Assembly: GCA_963700635.1 (NCBI GenBank)
Contig: CAVOYH010000003.1
Span: forward strand, 1,504,001-1,568,000
Direction of reading: 5' to 3'
DNA: 64,000 nt
Origin: an uncultured Bacteroidota bacterium
GTDB lineage: Bacteria; Bacteroidota; Ignavibacteria; UBA10030; UBA6906
Part shown: one piece after another, positions 1 through 10,100 of the stretch
Numbering within the stretch: position 1 is the first letter of the stretch
Layout of the letters: the number at the start of each line of letters is the position of its first letter
Notes under the pieces: model-generated
Database searches by the model: none
Told to the model about the DNA's origin: nothing
Seen by the model: the letters and a program-made list of their open reading frames with translations, nothing else
Position numbers and translations under genes: made by a program

Positions 1-324
1 GGAGGGGATCTCTGCAAGGCTCACCTGAGACCGGTTCTTGATGAAGAACTGGTCCAGGACTTCGCCATCAACCGAGAAGACCTTTGTGGCGAGCTCGGGT
101 TTGGGATTTTCGATTCTCTCGAGGCCCGGCAGGCCTGAAAAGAGATAGATGGTGTAGACGGTCAGCAGCAGGAGAAGGGGGGTGCCCAGAATCAGAGGAA
201 GGCGCCATCGCGTTGTGCGGTGGGGGACTTCCCCCTGTTGCGCATGCTGGCGGCGGTACTCCGGATCATTGAAATAGCGTTCCATCTCTTCGGCAGTATA
301 GGGACCCGGTTTCTTTTGTGTCAT
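1..324 (-). CDS. Penicillin-binding protein 1A-like transglycosylase/transpeptidase, N-terminal part (runs off the window start)
   Basis: Manual translation from ATG at 324: MTQKKPGPYTAEEMERYF...TM helix LPLILGTPLLLLLTVYTIYLF then SGLPGLERIENPKPELATKVFSVDGEVLDQFFIKNRSQVSLAEIPS, the typical class A PBP post-TM segment. Not in the supplied ORF track. Confidence 0.8.
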   Translation of the reverse strand, partial: MTQKKPGPYTAEEMERYFNDPEYRRQHAQQGEVPHRTTRWRLPLILGTPLLLLLTVYTIYLFSGLPGLERIENPKPELATKVFSVDGEVLDQFFIKNRSQVSLAEIPS

Positions 325-335
325 GGTGGTGCGTC

Positions 336-1061
336 CTACCGTCCGTTCCAGCTTTCGAGCGTAATCGTGCCGCCGGTCAACACGGCATACGTGTGGTACG
401 TGATCCAGTCGCCAAGGTTGATATAGATCCCCGACCCGATCGTCTCCATGTGCGGCTGGTGCCTGTGTCCCATGACGACAATATCCATCCCTTCACGGAT
501 TTTCTGTGCCGCAAAGGCTGCCATCCCTTCATCTTCGCCGTAGTCTTTCTGTGCCGTGTACTGTCTGCTGGTCCGTGACGATCGTCGGGCCAGCCAGACC
601 CCCATGTCGGGGTGGAGGAGGCGATACATCCGGATTGCGAGCCGATTCCGGAGGACCGGCTTGATCATACGGTAGCCCCGGTCGCGCGGAGCCAGACCGT
701 CTCCATGGTGCAGATAGATCTGCTTTCCGTCAACCTCCAGCGAGCACGGGTCCAGATAGAGCCGGATGCCCAGTTCATCCTGGAAGTAATTCCCCATCCA
801 GAAATCGTGATTCCCTGCGACATAGTGTACAGGAATCCCCCTGTCTGTGAAGGCCTGCAGTGCTGCCAGCGTTCGGTGATATCCCTTCGGGATCACGCTG
901 CGGTATTCGAACCAGAAATCAAACAGGTCGCCGACAATGCAGAGCTGATCGGTCTGAGGAAGAATCCACGCAAGAAAATCAAGGAGGCGGGATTCCTTCC
1001 GGCGTTCCTCTTCTCGCTCGCCCAATCCAAGATGAACATCTGAGATGAAAAAGACAGGCAT
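336..1061 (-). CDS. lpxH: UDP-2,3-diacylglucosamine hydrolase (metallophosphoesterase)
   Basis: Motifs FISDVHLG, VGDLFDFW, GNHDFW, HHGD, VMGHRH, NLGDW. ATG at 1061 preferred. Confidence 0.9.
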   Translation of the reverse strand: MPVFFISDVHLGLGEREEERRKESRLLDFLAWILPQTDQLCIVGDLFDFWFEYRSVIPKGYHRTLAALQAFTDRGIPVHYVAGNHDFWMGNYFQDELGIRLYLDPCSLEVDGKQIYLHHGDGLAPRDRGYRMIKPVLRNRLAIRMYRLLHPDMGVWLARRSSRTSRQYTAQKDYGEDEGMAAFAAQKIREGMDIVVMGHRHQPHMETIGSGIYINLGDWITYHTYAVLTGGTITLESWNGR

Positions 1062-1067
1062 ATACAC

Positions 1068-1096
1068 AATTTAGGAAAAGATGGGAGGAAAGTAAA
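1068..1096 (-). promoter_or_regulatory. sigma70-type promoter for lpxH, probably giving a leaderless mRNA
   Basis: TTTACT-N17-TAAATT on the minus strand, then 6 nt, then ATG; no SD sequence. Confidence 0.55.
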
Positions 1097-1120
1097 CAGG
1101 GATGGGGGAGTGTCTGCCCC

Positions 1121-2398
1121 TTATGTGCCGGATGCCGCGCTCTCCGCCACCACCTTTGGCTCTACGACACCCTGTAACAGGATCAGTCCGACGACGAAAA
1201 ACGCACCGATTGCCAGCGCGGCTTCACGTTCGCCGGTCAGATCGGCCACGATCCCGTACAGAAGTGGCCCGACCACGGCGGATGCCTTTCCGCATAATCC
1301 ATCGTAAAACCCGAAGAACTCGGCTTCGCGCTGGGGTGGCGTGAGGAGGGCCATGAAGCTTCTGCTGGACGATTGTGAAGAACCGGTAGCAACGCCTGCG
1401 GCAAGGGCCACGATGTAGAACTGCGCTGCGCTCTGGACAAAGAACGCACTTACGACAATGGCGATCCAGAGGACCAGAGTGATGCTGATGGTGCGCTTCG
1501 GGCCGATCTTGTCGGTGAGAATACCGAACAACAATGAGCCGATGACAGCGCTGGTCTGCACGACGGCGAAAAACCCGATGATCTCGGTGTCGCTCATCTG
1601 GAGCACCTGCTGGGCAAAGATGGCGGCAAAGGCGATGATCGTCAGGATCCCATCGTTGTAGAGAAAGAAGGCGATGAGAAATCGGGCCAATGACGGATGG
1701 GAGCGCTCGACGAAGAGTGCTTTCAGCGTCCGCGCCGAGCGTCGCATGCCTGCTTTCAGCAGATCGGCCGGGGGGGTCCCTGCGAGAGGAGGCTCCGGAA
1801 CAACGAAGAAGAGCGGGAGAGAGAACACCAGGAAGAACCCTGCCGCGATAACGAACGTCCCCCGCACCCACGTGAGATACGTCGGGTCGTCTGCCCCCGG
1901 GAGGAGACCGCCGACGATGAGCAGAACGGCGAGCGAACCCATGTATCCCATGGCAAAGCCGTACCCCGAGACTCTTCCATAGCTCTTCGTGGTGGTGAGC
2001 CCGGGCAGGAATGCGTCATAGAAGACGATTCCACCCTCAAAGCCGATATTGGCGATCACGAAGAGGACAATGCCGGCAAGGACCATCCCTTCGGTGACAA
2101 AAAACAGGAGTGCGGTGCAGAGGACCGAGGCAAGGGTGAACAGGAGGAGGAATCGCTTACGGTGGCGTGCGAAGTCTGCGACAGCGCCGAGAGGCGGGGC
2201 AAGCAGGGCCGCCAGAAGCATGGAGAGGCTGACCGCAAGCCCCCAGAGCCACCGTTGTCCTCCTGCGACATGATTGATGAAATACCGCGGAAAGATGACG
2301 GTGACCATGACCACGGAAAACGCCGTATTGGCGAAGTCGAAGAGCGTCCACGCGAATATGCGGCTGCGGGAGGGTGGCTCCGGCTTCATGAAGGTCAC
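1121..2398 (-). CDS. MFS transporter (UMF1/Atg22-like)
   Basis: About 12 TM segments; WTLFDFANTAF, FYDAFLP, GRVSGYGFAMGY, AEFFGFY motifs; GTGA overlap with the nusB stop. Confidence 0.85.
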   Translation of the reverse strand: MTFMKPEPPSRSRIFAWTLFDFANTAFSVVMVTVIFPRYFINHVAGGQRWLWGLAVSLSMLLAALLAPPLGAVADFARHRKRFLLLFTLASVLCTALLFFVTEGMVLAGIVLFVIANIGFEGGIVFYDAFLPGLTTTKSYGRVSGYGFAMGYMGSLAVLLIVGGLLPGADDPTYLTWVRGTFVIAAGFFLVFSLPLFFVVPEPPLAGTPPADLLKAGMRRSARTLKALFVERSHPSLARFLIAFFLYNDGILTIIAFAAIFAQQVLQMSDTEIIGFFAVVQTSAVIGSLLFGILTDKIGPKRTISITLVLWIAIVVSAFFVQSAAQFYIVALAAGVATGSSQSSSRSFMALLTPPQREAEFFGFYDGLCGKASAVVGPLLYGIVADLTGEREAALAIGAFFVVGLILLQGVVEPKVVAESAASGT

Positions 2399-2910
2399 GT
2401 CGATGAAGGAGAGGATTTTTCCCTGGGGGGTCGCACCACAGGTTCGCCTTCGTACAAGCCCCTGCCGGCCTTCGTGACTGCGCCGTCACCCAGCCGCTCC
2501 GGTCCGTTGAGCTTAATGTCGTTCAGGACCGCATCGAGGACGCCGTTCACAAATTGTCCGCTTCTCTCGGTACTGAAGAGCTTCGCGAGCTCGATTGCTT
2601 CGTTCATCGTAACTTTCGGAGGGATCTCACGAAAGTAGAGCAGCTCACAAATGCCCATGCGGAGGATCAGCCGGTCCAGAGTGGCGATGCGCTTGAAATC
2701 CCAGTTTGCCACACGGGCTTTGATGATTTTGTCGATGTCTTCGCTGTGCTGCACCGTCTGGATAACAAGATTGCGCGCAAACTCATAGGCCGGCTTGTTG
2801 GACTGCAGGCCGACGAGCACGCAGGAGATGACATGATCCACGGGATCTTCGGAAATCTCGTGGGCATACAGAGCCTGAACGACCTTTTCTCTGATTATTC
2901 GGCGTCTCAC
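2395..2910 (-). CDS. nusB: Transcription antitermination factor NusB
   Basis: RRRIIREKVVQALY, NWDFKRIATLDRLILR, IPPKVTMNEAIELAKLFS, FVNGVLD. Confidence 0.95.
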   Translation of the reverse strand: MRRRIIREKVVQALYAHEISEDPVDHVISCVLVGLQSNKPAYEFARNLVIQTVQHSEDIDKIIKARVANWDFKRIATLDRLILRMGICELLYFREIPPKVTMNEAIELAKLFSTERSGQFVNGVLDAVLNDIKLNGPERLGDGAVTKAGRGLYEGEPVVRPPREKSSPSST

Positions 2911-2931
2911 AGTGCGGCTCTCCCTTCTGTC

Positions 2932-3711
2932 CTAACGTAACACCGTGATACGAGGCGATTCCGAGGCCGGGTGGCGATCCACGACAACGTCGGCGCCAAA
3001 TACTTCGCGGATGCGGTCCACTGTCAATACCTCCGGCGGCGTCCCGAGGGCCGCAATGCGGCCGCAGAGCAACATCGCAATTCTGTCGCTGTACATTGCG
3101 GCGAGATTCAGATCGTGCGACACCGAAACGACCGTCAGTTCTGACTGGACATTGAGTGACCGGATGAGCCGGAACATGTCCACCTGATGGGCGATGTCGA
3201 GGTGCGCAGTCGGTTCGTCAAGGAGAAGCACGAATGGTTGTTGGGCAAGTGCCCGGGCCAGGAATGCACGCTGGCGTTCACCGCCGGACAGCTGATGGAT
3301 CGGATGGGATGCGAGGTGTGCGATATCGGTCTTCACCATCATGCGCTGCGCGATTTCCCGGTCGGCCTCGTTTTCAAAGTACCGCCCTGCCGCATGTGGC
3401 GCGCGTCCCATCAGAACAATTTCTTCGACGGTGAACGGAAAGCTGGTGTCCCGGTCCTGCGGAACGTACGCGATGCGGCGCGCGAGTTCGGCCCGCGTGT
3501 GCGTCCCCAGGGGCTTTCCTTCAAGCGTGATCGTGCCCGCGTCCGGAAGGAAAATCCGGTCGAGAAGTTTGAGCAGGGTGGACTTGCCGGACCCGTTGGG
3601 ACCGACCAGCGTGAGAAACTCCCCGCGGTTCACCGCAAATGAGATGTTCTGAAGCGTAGGAATGCCGGCGATGTAGCTGAAGGAGACGGTATCGGCGGTG
3701 AGGACGGGCAT
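2932..3711 (-). CDS. Iron-siderophore/heme/cobalamin ABC transporter ATP-binding protein
   Basis: GPNGSGKST, LSGGERQR, LLLDEPTAHLD, SHDLNLA. Start is ATG 3711 or TTG 3750. Confidence 0.9.
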   Translation of the reverse strand: MPVLTADTVSFSYIAGIPTLQNISFAVNRGEFLTLVGPNGSGKSTLLKLLDRIFLPDAGTITLEGKPLGTHTRAELARRIAYVPQDRDTSFPFTVEEIVLMGRAPHAAGRYFENEADREIAQRMMVKTDIAHLASHPIHQLSGGERQRAFLARALAQQPFVLLLDEPTAHLDIAHQVDMFRLIRSLNVQSELTVVSVSHDLNLAAMYSDRIAMLLCGRIAALGTPPEVLTVDRIREVFGADVVVDRHPASESPRITVLR

Positions 3712-3756
3712 TTTCGTAGAACAGGGGAACGGGGGCTCGTGTGTTGTCAATGATCT

Positions 3757-3785
3757 AATCTACGCAAAAGGGAGAAGGAAGGCAA
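3757..3785 (-). promoter_or_regulatory. Internal sigma70-type promoter between ABC permease and ATPase genes
   Basis: TTGCCT-N17-TAGATT on the minus strand. Confidence 0.5.
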
Positions 3786-3855
3786 CTGGACTCCGTTTTT
3801 CAATGAGGCAAAGGCTGGAGAAGAGGCGAAAGGACGATGAAAGGGTCGATGATGG

Positions 3856-4875
3856 TTATGTGCGGCGGAGAAGGTAGACGAATATGGGAGCGCCGAGGAT
3901 CGCTGTCACGGCCCCGACAGGGATCTCAGCGGGAGCGATGATCGTCCTCGCCAGCGTGTCCGCAAGAATCAGAAAACTTCCCCCGAGGAGGAAGGACGCC
4001 GGCAGAAGCAGGCGGTGGTCGGCCCCGAAGATCATGCGGGTGATGTGAGGAACAATCAGACCGACAAACCCTACAACACCGCTCACTGAAACCACCCCTC
4101 CGGTAATGAGGGATGCCAGTGCGTATGAACGCCGGCGCAGCACACGGACATCGACGCCCAGCTGTGCCGCTGCGTCATCCCCCGTGGCGATCAGATTGTA
4201 CTGCTTTGCCATCAGCAGTGCCGGGACTGCCGCCACCGTCGTCACACCTCCCGCGATGGCCACCGACACGAAGCGGGCACCGCTCAGGTTTCCCATCAGC
4301 CAGAGAAATGCGTTTCGCAACTCCTGGTTGAAGAGCGCGACGGTCATGAGCACCGCAGCATTGAAAAACGCCCCCACCATGACGCCGGACAGCAACAACG
4401 TAAACGGGTCCAGCTGTCCCCGCCGGTGCGCAATGGTATAGACGAGGACCATCACGCACGCCGATCCGGCGAACGATGCCAGCGGCGCGATCAGGTAACT
4501 GATCCCGGACGCGAGCGCAATGGCGAGGATTGTCCCCATCGTTCCTCCGCTGGAGATGCCGAGGATGTACGGTTCGGCCAGCGGATTCCTCAACAGTGCC
4601 TGGAGCACCGCCCCGGCAATCGACAGCCCGGCTCCGACAAAGAGGGCGAGCAGAACGCGGGGAAGGCGGATATCGATAACGATGAGACGCTCGGTCTCCG
4701 ATACCGGGCCTATCCCGGTGCATGCGTTGATGACCTTTTCCAGGGGGATCGATACCGTGCCGACTGAGAGAGCAAGCAGGGACGATCCTGCCAGGACGAG
4801 GATGAGCGCGAAGACCACGACAAAAAAACGTCGGGTCGTGACCGGTTGATGCTTCTGCCGGAAGAGCGCTTTCAT
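3856..4875 (-). CDS. FecCD/BtuC-family ABC transporter permease
   Basis: IRLPRVLLA, RNPLAEPYILGISSG, GFVGLIVPH, EIPVGAVTAILGAP. ATG at 4875 overlaps the obgE stop (ATGA). Confidence 0.9.
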   Translation of the reverse strand: MKALFRQKHQPVTTRRFFVVVFALILVLAGSSLLALSVGTVSIPLEKVINACTGIGPVSETERLIVIDIRLPRVLLALFVGAGLSIAGAVLQALLRNPLAEPYILGISSGGTMGTILAIALASGISYLIAPLASFAGSACVMVLVYTIAHRRGQLDPFTLLLSGVMVGAFFNAAVLMTVALFNQELRNAFLWLMGNLSGARFVSVAIAGGVTTVAAVPALLMAKQYNLIATGDDAAAQLGVDVRVLRRRSYALASLITGGVVSVSGVVGFVGLIVPHITRMIFGADHRLLLPASFLLGGSFLILADTLARTIIAPAEIPVGAVTAILGAPIFVYLLRRT

Positions 4876-5909
4876 GGGGCGCCGGCACGTCTGGATGTAC
4901 GCGACGACGGTGCACGCTGGCGTTTCGGCGTGTGTAGCCCTTTCCACATTGCCTCCACGAGGAGGCGGACACCGGTACCCGCGACTGCGGAAATGGGGAT
5001 GATCGGCTTTCGTGCAATGCGGGTGCGCTGCAACGCGCTCGCTTCACCGGGGGGGAGCGCGTCGATCTTGGTGACGACGATCAGCGAAGGCTTGTCCACG
5101 AGAGAAGGGTCAAACAATCGGAGTTCGTTGATCAGAACGTCATAGTCTTCCTTGAGTGTGTTGCGCGTGGCGTCAAGGAGGAACACGAGCACACGCGTGC
5201 GCTGAATATGGCGGAGGAACTGGACCCCCAGGCCCTTCCCCAGATGTGCTCCTTCGATCAGGCCGGGGATATCCGCCACAACAAAACTCTTCCCGTCGTC
5301 GACTTTCACGATCCCGAGATTCGGCACCAGGGTGGTGAAAGGATAGTCGGCGATCTTCGGCCGGGCCGCTGAGATCACGGAAATCAGCGTCGATTTTCCG
5401 GCGTTGGGAAGACCGACGAGGCCGACGTCAGCGAGCAGTTTGAGTTCCAGATCGATGTCCCGCTCCTCGCCGTTTTCTCCGGGCTCGTACCGGCGCGGGG
5501 CCTGATCGGTGGACGTGGCAAACTCGGCGTTTCCGCGTCCCCCTCTCCCTCCTGCGGCCACACGAAACTCATCACCGTGCTGAACCAGGTCCGCCAGGAC
5601 AATTCCGCTCGCGATGTCGCGAATGATTGTTCCCTCGGGAACATCGACGGTGATGTCGGCGCCGCTTCTGCCGGTCTTTTTCGCCCCCTGTCCGTGGTCA
5701 CCCCGCGGCGCTGCATAGGAGCGCTTGTAATGGAAGTCGAGCAGCGTGGCAAGGTGACGGTTTGCGCGGAGCATGACGGAACCACCTCTGCCGCCGTTCC
5801 CTCCGTCCGGTCCGCCTTTGGGCACAAACTTCTCCCGTCGGAAGCTCACGCATCCTGAACCACCGGCCCCACCCTTAACCTGGATCTGTGCAAAATCGAC
5901 AAATTTCAT
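4872..5909 (-). CDS. obgE: GTPase ObgE/CgtA
   Basis: MKFVD..., FRREKFVPKGGPDGGNGGRGG, VGLPNAGKSTL, YPFTTL, DIPGLIEGA, TKID. Confidence 0.97.
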   Translation of the reverse strand: MKFVDFAQIQVKGGAGGSGCVSFRREKFVPKGGPDGGNGGRGGSVMLRANRHLATLLDFHYKRSYAAPRGDHGQGAKKTGRSGADITVDVPEGTIIRDIASGIVLADLVQHGDEFRVAAGGRGGRGNAEFATSTDQAPRRYEPGENGEERDIDLELKLLADVGLVGLPNAGKSTLISVISAARPKIADYPFTTLVPNLGIVKVDDGKSFVVADIPGLIEGAHLGKGLGVQFLRHIQRTRVLVFLLDATRNTLKEDYDVLINELRLFDPSLVDKPSLIVVTKIDALPPGEASALQRTRIARKPIIPISAVAGTGVRLLVEAMWKGLHTPKRQRAPSSRTSRRAGAP

Positions 5910-7177
5910 GATTGATCCCGTGTCTCTCCTGTCAACCGCCGCTGCACGATGTCGGTAAACTGCACGGCGACATCGTGGAACGGATCGATAGTGTTGATCT
6001 CGAACAGTTCGCGGATATAGCCGGAGGCTTCCTTCCAGCTATGAATCTCATTGAGACGTGCGATGATCAGGTCGTAGAAGTCACGATCCCGATCGCAGAT
6101 TGTCTGAATGAATCGTTTGCGTTGTTCCGGCGCAATGAATTCGTTGAGGTCGGGAAAGGCCCGGGTCCCGGAGACCGGCGGTTCCTGGTCTGCGGATGTT
6201 TCGTGATCCGCTTCTGCCGGCCCTGAGTGTGCTACATCCGGATCTGTCCCATCCGGCTGGACGGGCTCAGGGATGTGCTCCGGTTCGGCATTGCTCTCCG
6301 CTTCACCGGCAGGCTCGGGTTCGGAGGGATGATCCGATTCGGCCGTGCCAAACGACAGTTCTTCTTGTGCCGGCTCTGCCAGCGGGGGCGGTGGATGCTG
6401 GGCCTCGACGGGTTTGCCCGAAAGAAAGTCCTCGCTCAGACTGATCAGCTCGTGGAGGGTAAGCGCCTCGAGCTTGCGGAAATGGCAGACGCCCGTCAGA
6501 TAGCTGTGCAGTCCATGAAGCTCCTTGTCTTCGAAGAAGAGAAGGAGCGGACGGAGCGGGATGGGTCCGTCGGGGTGATCCGGTTCAAGGAGGAAGAACT
6601 CAAAGATCGGCCGCGCGAGAAGTGCCAGTTCGCGGGGCGTGTGTTCACGGACAACGGCCGAGTCGATTCTCCGGATAAGGGTGCTGACGGTCGAGCTGTC
6701 GACCTCGGTGAGATGGCGCTCGATGATCGTACGCCGGAGCAGCTGGGGCAGATAGGAGTACTCCGTGACGTACTCGAGCTTGCCGATGAGTTCCCGGGCA
6801 GAGATCACGATGGAAGTGTGGAACAGAAAGCTCCGCAGGGTCCACCGGGGGCGGCAGACATAGTTCTCCGTGAAGTGCAGGGCGTTTTCGAGATCGGGGA
6901 GAAAATCATCGCGGGTGAACACGTACGCGTCCGCCGAGTGACGCAGGAACACATCGCGGATCCGGTTGGCGAGAGGGGCTTCGTCCGCAACGCGCGAAAA
7001 CTCCGGTGTCTCGGCAAGAGTGGCTCGCAACCGATCGCGCACGCTTGCGCGCAGGTAGGCCTTGACGCCAGCGGGGACAACGGAGGCCAGCACGTCGCTC
7101 ATCGGGATCTCGCGACGGTCGGCGATCGTGTACTCAAGGAGCGTCCGAAGCATCAAATCGGAGTCTGGGTGCGCCAT
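5906..7177 (-). CDS. Hypothetical protein (helical N-terminal domain, acidic Pro-rich linker, small C-terminal domain)
   Basis: 423-aa ORF tightly packed between the TPR gene and obgE (ATGA overlap); no family recognised. Confidence 0.75.
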   Translation of the reverse strand: MAHPDSDLMLRTLLEYTIADRREIPMSDVLASVVPAGVKAYLRASVRDRLRATLAETPEFSRVADEAPLANRIRDVFLRHSADAYVFTRDDFLPDLENALHFTENYVCRPRWTLRSFLFHTSIVISARELIGKLEYVTEYSYLPQLLRRTIIERHLTEVDSSTVSTLIRRIDSAVVREHTPRELALLARPIFEFFLLEPDHPDGPIPLRPLLLFFEDKELHGLHSYLTGVCHFRKLEALTLHELISLSEDFLSGKPVEAQHPPPPLAEPAQEELSFGTAESDHPSEPEPAGEAESNAEPEHIPEPVQPDGTDPDVAHSGPAEADHETSADQEPPVSGTRAFPDLNEFIAPEQRKRFIQTICDRDRDFYDLIIARLNEIHSWKEASGYIRELFEINTIDPFHDVAVQFTDIVQRRLTGETRDQS

Positions 7178-7179
7178 GG

Positions 7180-10100
7180 CTATTTGGGGGTCTTGTTGAG
7201 AATGGCGTTGACGCGGTCAATTTCCTTTCGCGCCGCGGCCTTGAACGTTGGATCGATGCCGGAGCGCTCCAGAATCTGACGGTACATGGTCAGGGCCTGG
7301 TCCGGACGTCCCATCTTCTCATACGCCTGGCCACTCATGTAAAGTGAGGTTGCAGTCCAATCGATTTTCCCCTTCTTCGTGACAAGGTACGGAACTTTGA
7401 GAAAATCCAGGATCGCCTGCTGATAGTCCCCTTTCCCATAGTTCGCTTCGGCGATATAGTACCGGATTTCCCCCTCAAGATCGCTGCCGGCTTCATCCAG
7501 CAGGGCCTGCAGGTGGAGAACGGATTGGTCATAGTAGCCGAGACGTTGATAGAGAATGCCGATCTTTATCCGCTTGTCGAATGCATCGTCGCCGTTCGGA
7601 TACTGTTCAAGATACTTCCGGGTCAGCGTGAGCGCGGCATCGAAAATTCCTGCTGTCTCATAGGTCTCAATAAGATTGCTCATGGCATACGGCAGGAGGG
7701 CGGGGTCGGGTTGCGGGTTGTCGGTGACCTGCCGATAGCTCTTGGTCGCCTCGTCCCACTTTTCTGCCCGGTAGTAGATGTTTCCGAGAGCGAAATGCGC
7801 TTTTTGGGCGAAGGGGTCCGACGGGAACTCTTTCAGAAGCCGTCCGAACTGACCGATAGCTTCCTGGGGGCGGTTCGTGACCTCGTATACTTTGCCGATC
7901 CAGTACTGCGCCGCCGGAGCGGAAGGGGTGTCGTCATACTTGGATGCCACAGTCTGGAAGGACTTGAGCGCGCGCGGGTAGTCTTCCTGTCTGAAGAACA
8001 CGCTTCCCCGTTCAAGTTCAAACTGCGCAGCTTCCGGGTCGGTGTCCTTGTATGCCGCGAGGAAGGCGGGGATGTCCTTGTCGGCCCTGGTGAGTTCGTT
8101 GTTCCGGAGGGCCGCGACGATTGCGCGCATGCGGTAGAATCGCCCGGCGGCTTGGTCGTTTGCCGATGTGGCAAGAAAGAAATACTGGCGCACCGCGTCT
8201 GCGTATTCACCTGAATCGAATAGTATGTCGGCGACTTCACGGTTTGCGGCTGTCGTGGGAGATGCTGCGCCCGCCTGCCGGAAGTAAGTCGTCGCGATAT
8301 CCGGGGTGCCTTCGGACTTGTAGATCATCCCGAGTGTAGTCAGCGCTTCCGCCGCCTGGACGCCCCGTGGTTCACGCACCAGGAGGGCGGTAAGAGAACT
8401 CTTGGCGGTCCGTGTGTCGCCGGACACCGCACTTGCTTTGCCGAGTGCCAGAAGAAGTGACGTCGGCGGCTGCTGGGCGCGCGATGGGGACGCGGATGGA
8501 TCGTGCAGGAGCTCGGTGTAGAGCGCGACCGCCTGCGTTGCTTCACCGGAAGCCAGCAGGGCGTCGGCCAGACGCCGCCTGGCCTTGAGGGCGTTCTCCG
8601 TGCACGGGAACCGGGTCGTAAGCTCCTGGAAGAGCCCCACAGCACGCGCTGCGTCCCCGCGCGACTGTGCAAGTTCGCCCAGCACGGAAAGCACCGATGC
8701 GGTGTGCCGATGTGATGGGTACAGCTTCAGGTATGACGTCCCGACCGCTGCCGCAGAGTCCGCGAGTCCGCGAGCCTGCAGAAGCATACATCGGGAATAC
8801 GTGGCTTCTTCTGCAGTCTCCGAGCCGGGATTCACGCGTTCGGCCTGACTGAACGCCGACAGGGCGTCGTCGGTGCTGTCTGCATCTCTGTACAGCCTGC
8901 CCATCTGCAGGAGCATCCGATCGCGATACTCCGAAGCAGGATGACGGGCCAGGGCGTTTGCATACGCAGTCCGGGCTGCTGCCAGCGTTCCTGCCTGCAA
9001 CCGGAAGAGTGCATACGACGCCTCGGAACTCCGGCTGTCGGCGGGAAAGCGATCAAGAAAAGCCTGATAGGCCTCCGATGCCGCACCGCGGGTGTCGGGC
9101 TTGGTCCAGTTGACATACTCGAGTGCGCGGGCCCTCAGGAAGAACATCTCCGCCATGTCGCGGTCATTCCCTCCGGCGGCAATGGCGCGGGAAAACTGGT
9201 CTGCCGCGGATTCATAGTTCTTCAGATCGTGGAACGAGATCTCCCCGAGGCGGCGGGCGAGCGCCGGACGGTCTTTGTCGGCAACAACATCGCCGACCAG
9301 GAGGGCGAGTTTTTCGAGGCCTGCATCTTTGTTCTTCGCCTCAAAGGTTTCGATGACAGTCGCACGCTCTTCTGCCGCTGCGCGCAGTTCAGACGCCGGG
9401 TAGCTCCGCGAGAAATCACGGTACATTTCCAGTGCGCGGTCAACCTCATGCAGCTGATCCCGGCACCGCGCTGCGCCAAAGGCAGCATCATCTGCGAAGC
9501 GGGAGTTGGGAAAACGGACGATGAGCAGATCGAAGAGTGATCCGGCTTTGCGGTAATCCCGCATCTCCTTCTCCGTAACCCGGGCATTCTCGAAGAGGAC
9601 TGCGGGAGTCGCGGGGTCGTCCGGGAAGGAATCCGCGTACCGTGCATAGAACTGTGCGGCGAGTGCAGGTGCGCCCTGCTTCCGTGCATTGTCGGCGAGC
9701 TGAAGCAACGCCTGTTGCCGCACGTCATCAGGAGCGGACATTTTCAGAATGCGCTGGGAGGCTTCATCGGATCTCCGCAACTCACCTGTGCGGGACGCGG
9801 CGGCGGCCAGTCGGAGAAGGACGTCCGGGACCCGCGGATCCGTCGGAAAGCTTTCGACATAGCGGCGGTAGCTGGCCACGGCATTTGCCGGACTGTTTGC
9901 GGCCAGGGACGCGTCGCCCATGAGCACCAGGGCCTCTTTGCTCAGTGCACTGTCGGCCCCTTGTGGAACGGCCAGGGCCTTCTTCAGGTTCTCGATGGCT
10001 TCGGCATGTTTTCCTGTTGCCTCAAACAGGCGCGCCTGGTTCACAAGCGCTCCCTGGAGAGCTCCTGACGTTTTGTAGCGCGTGATGATTTCCTGATACC

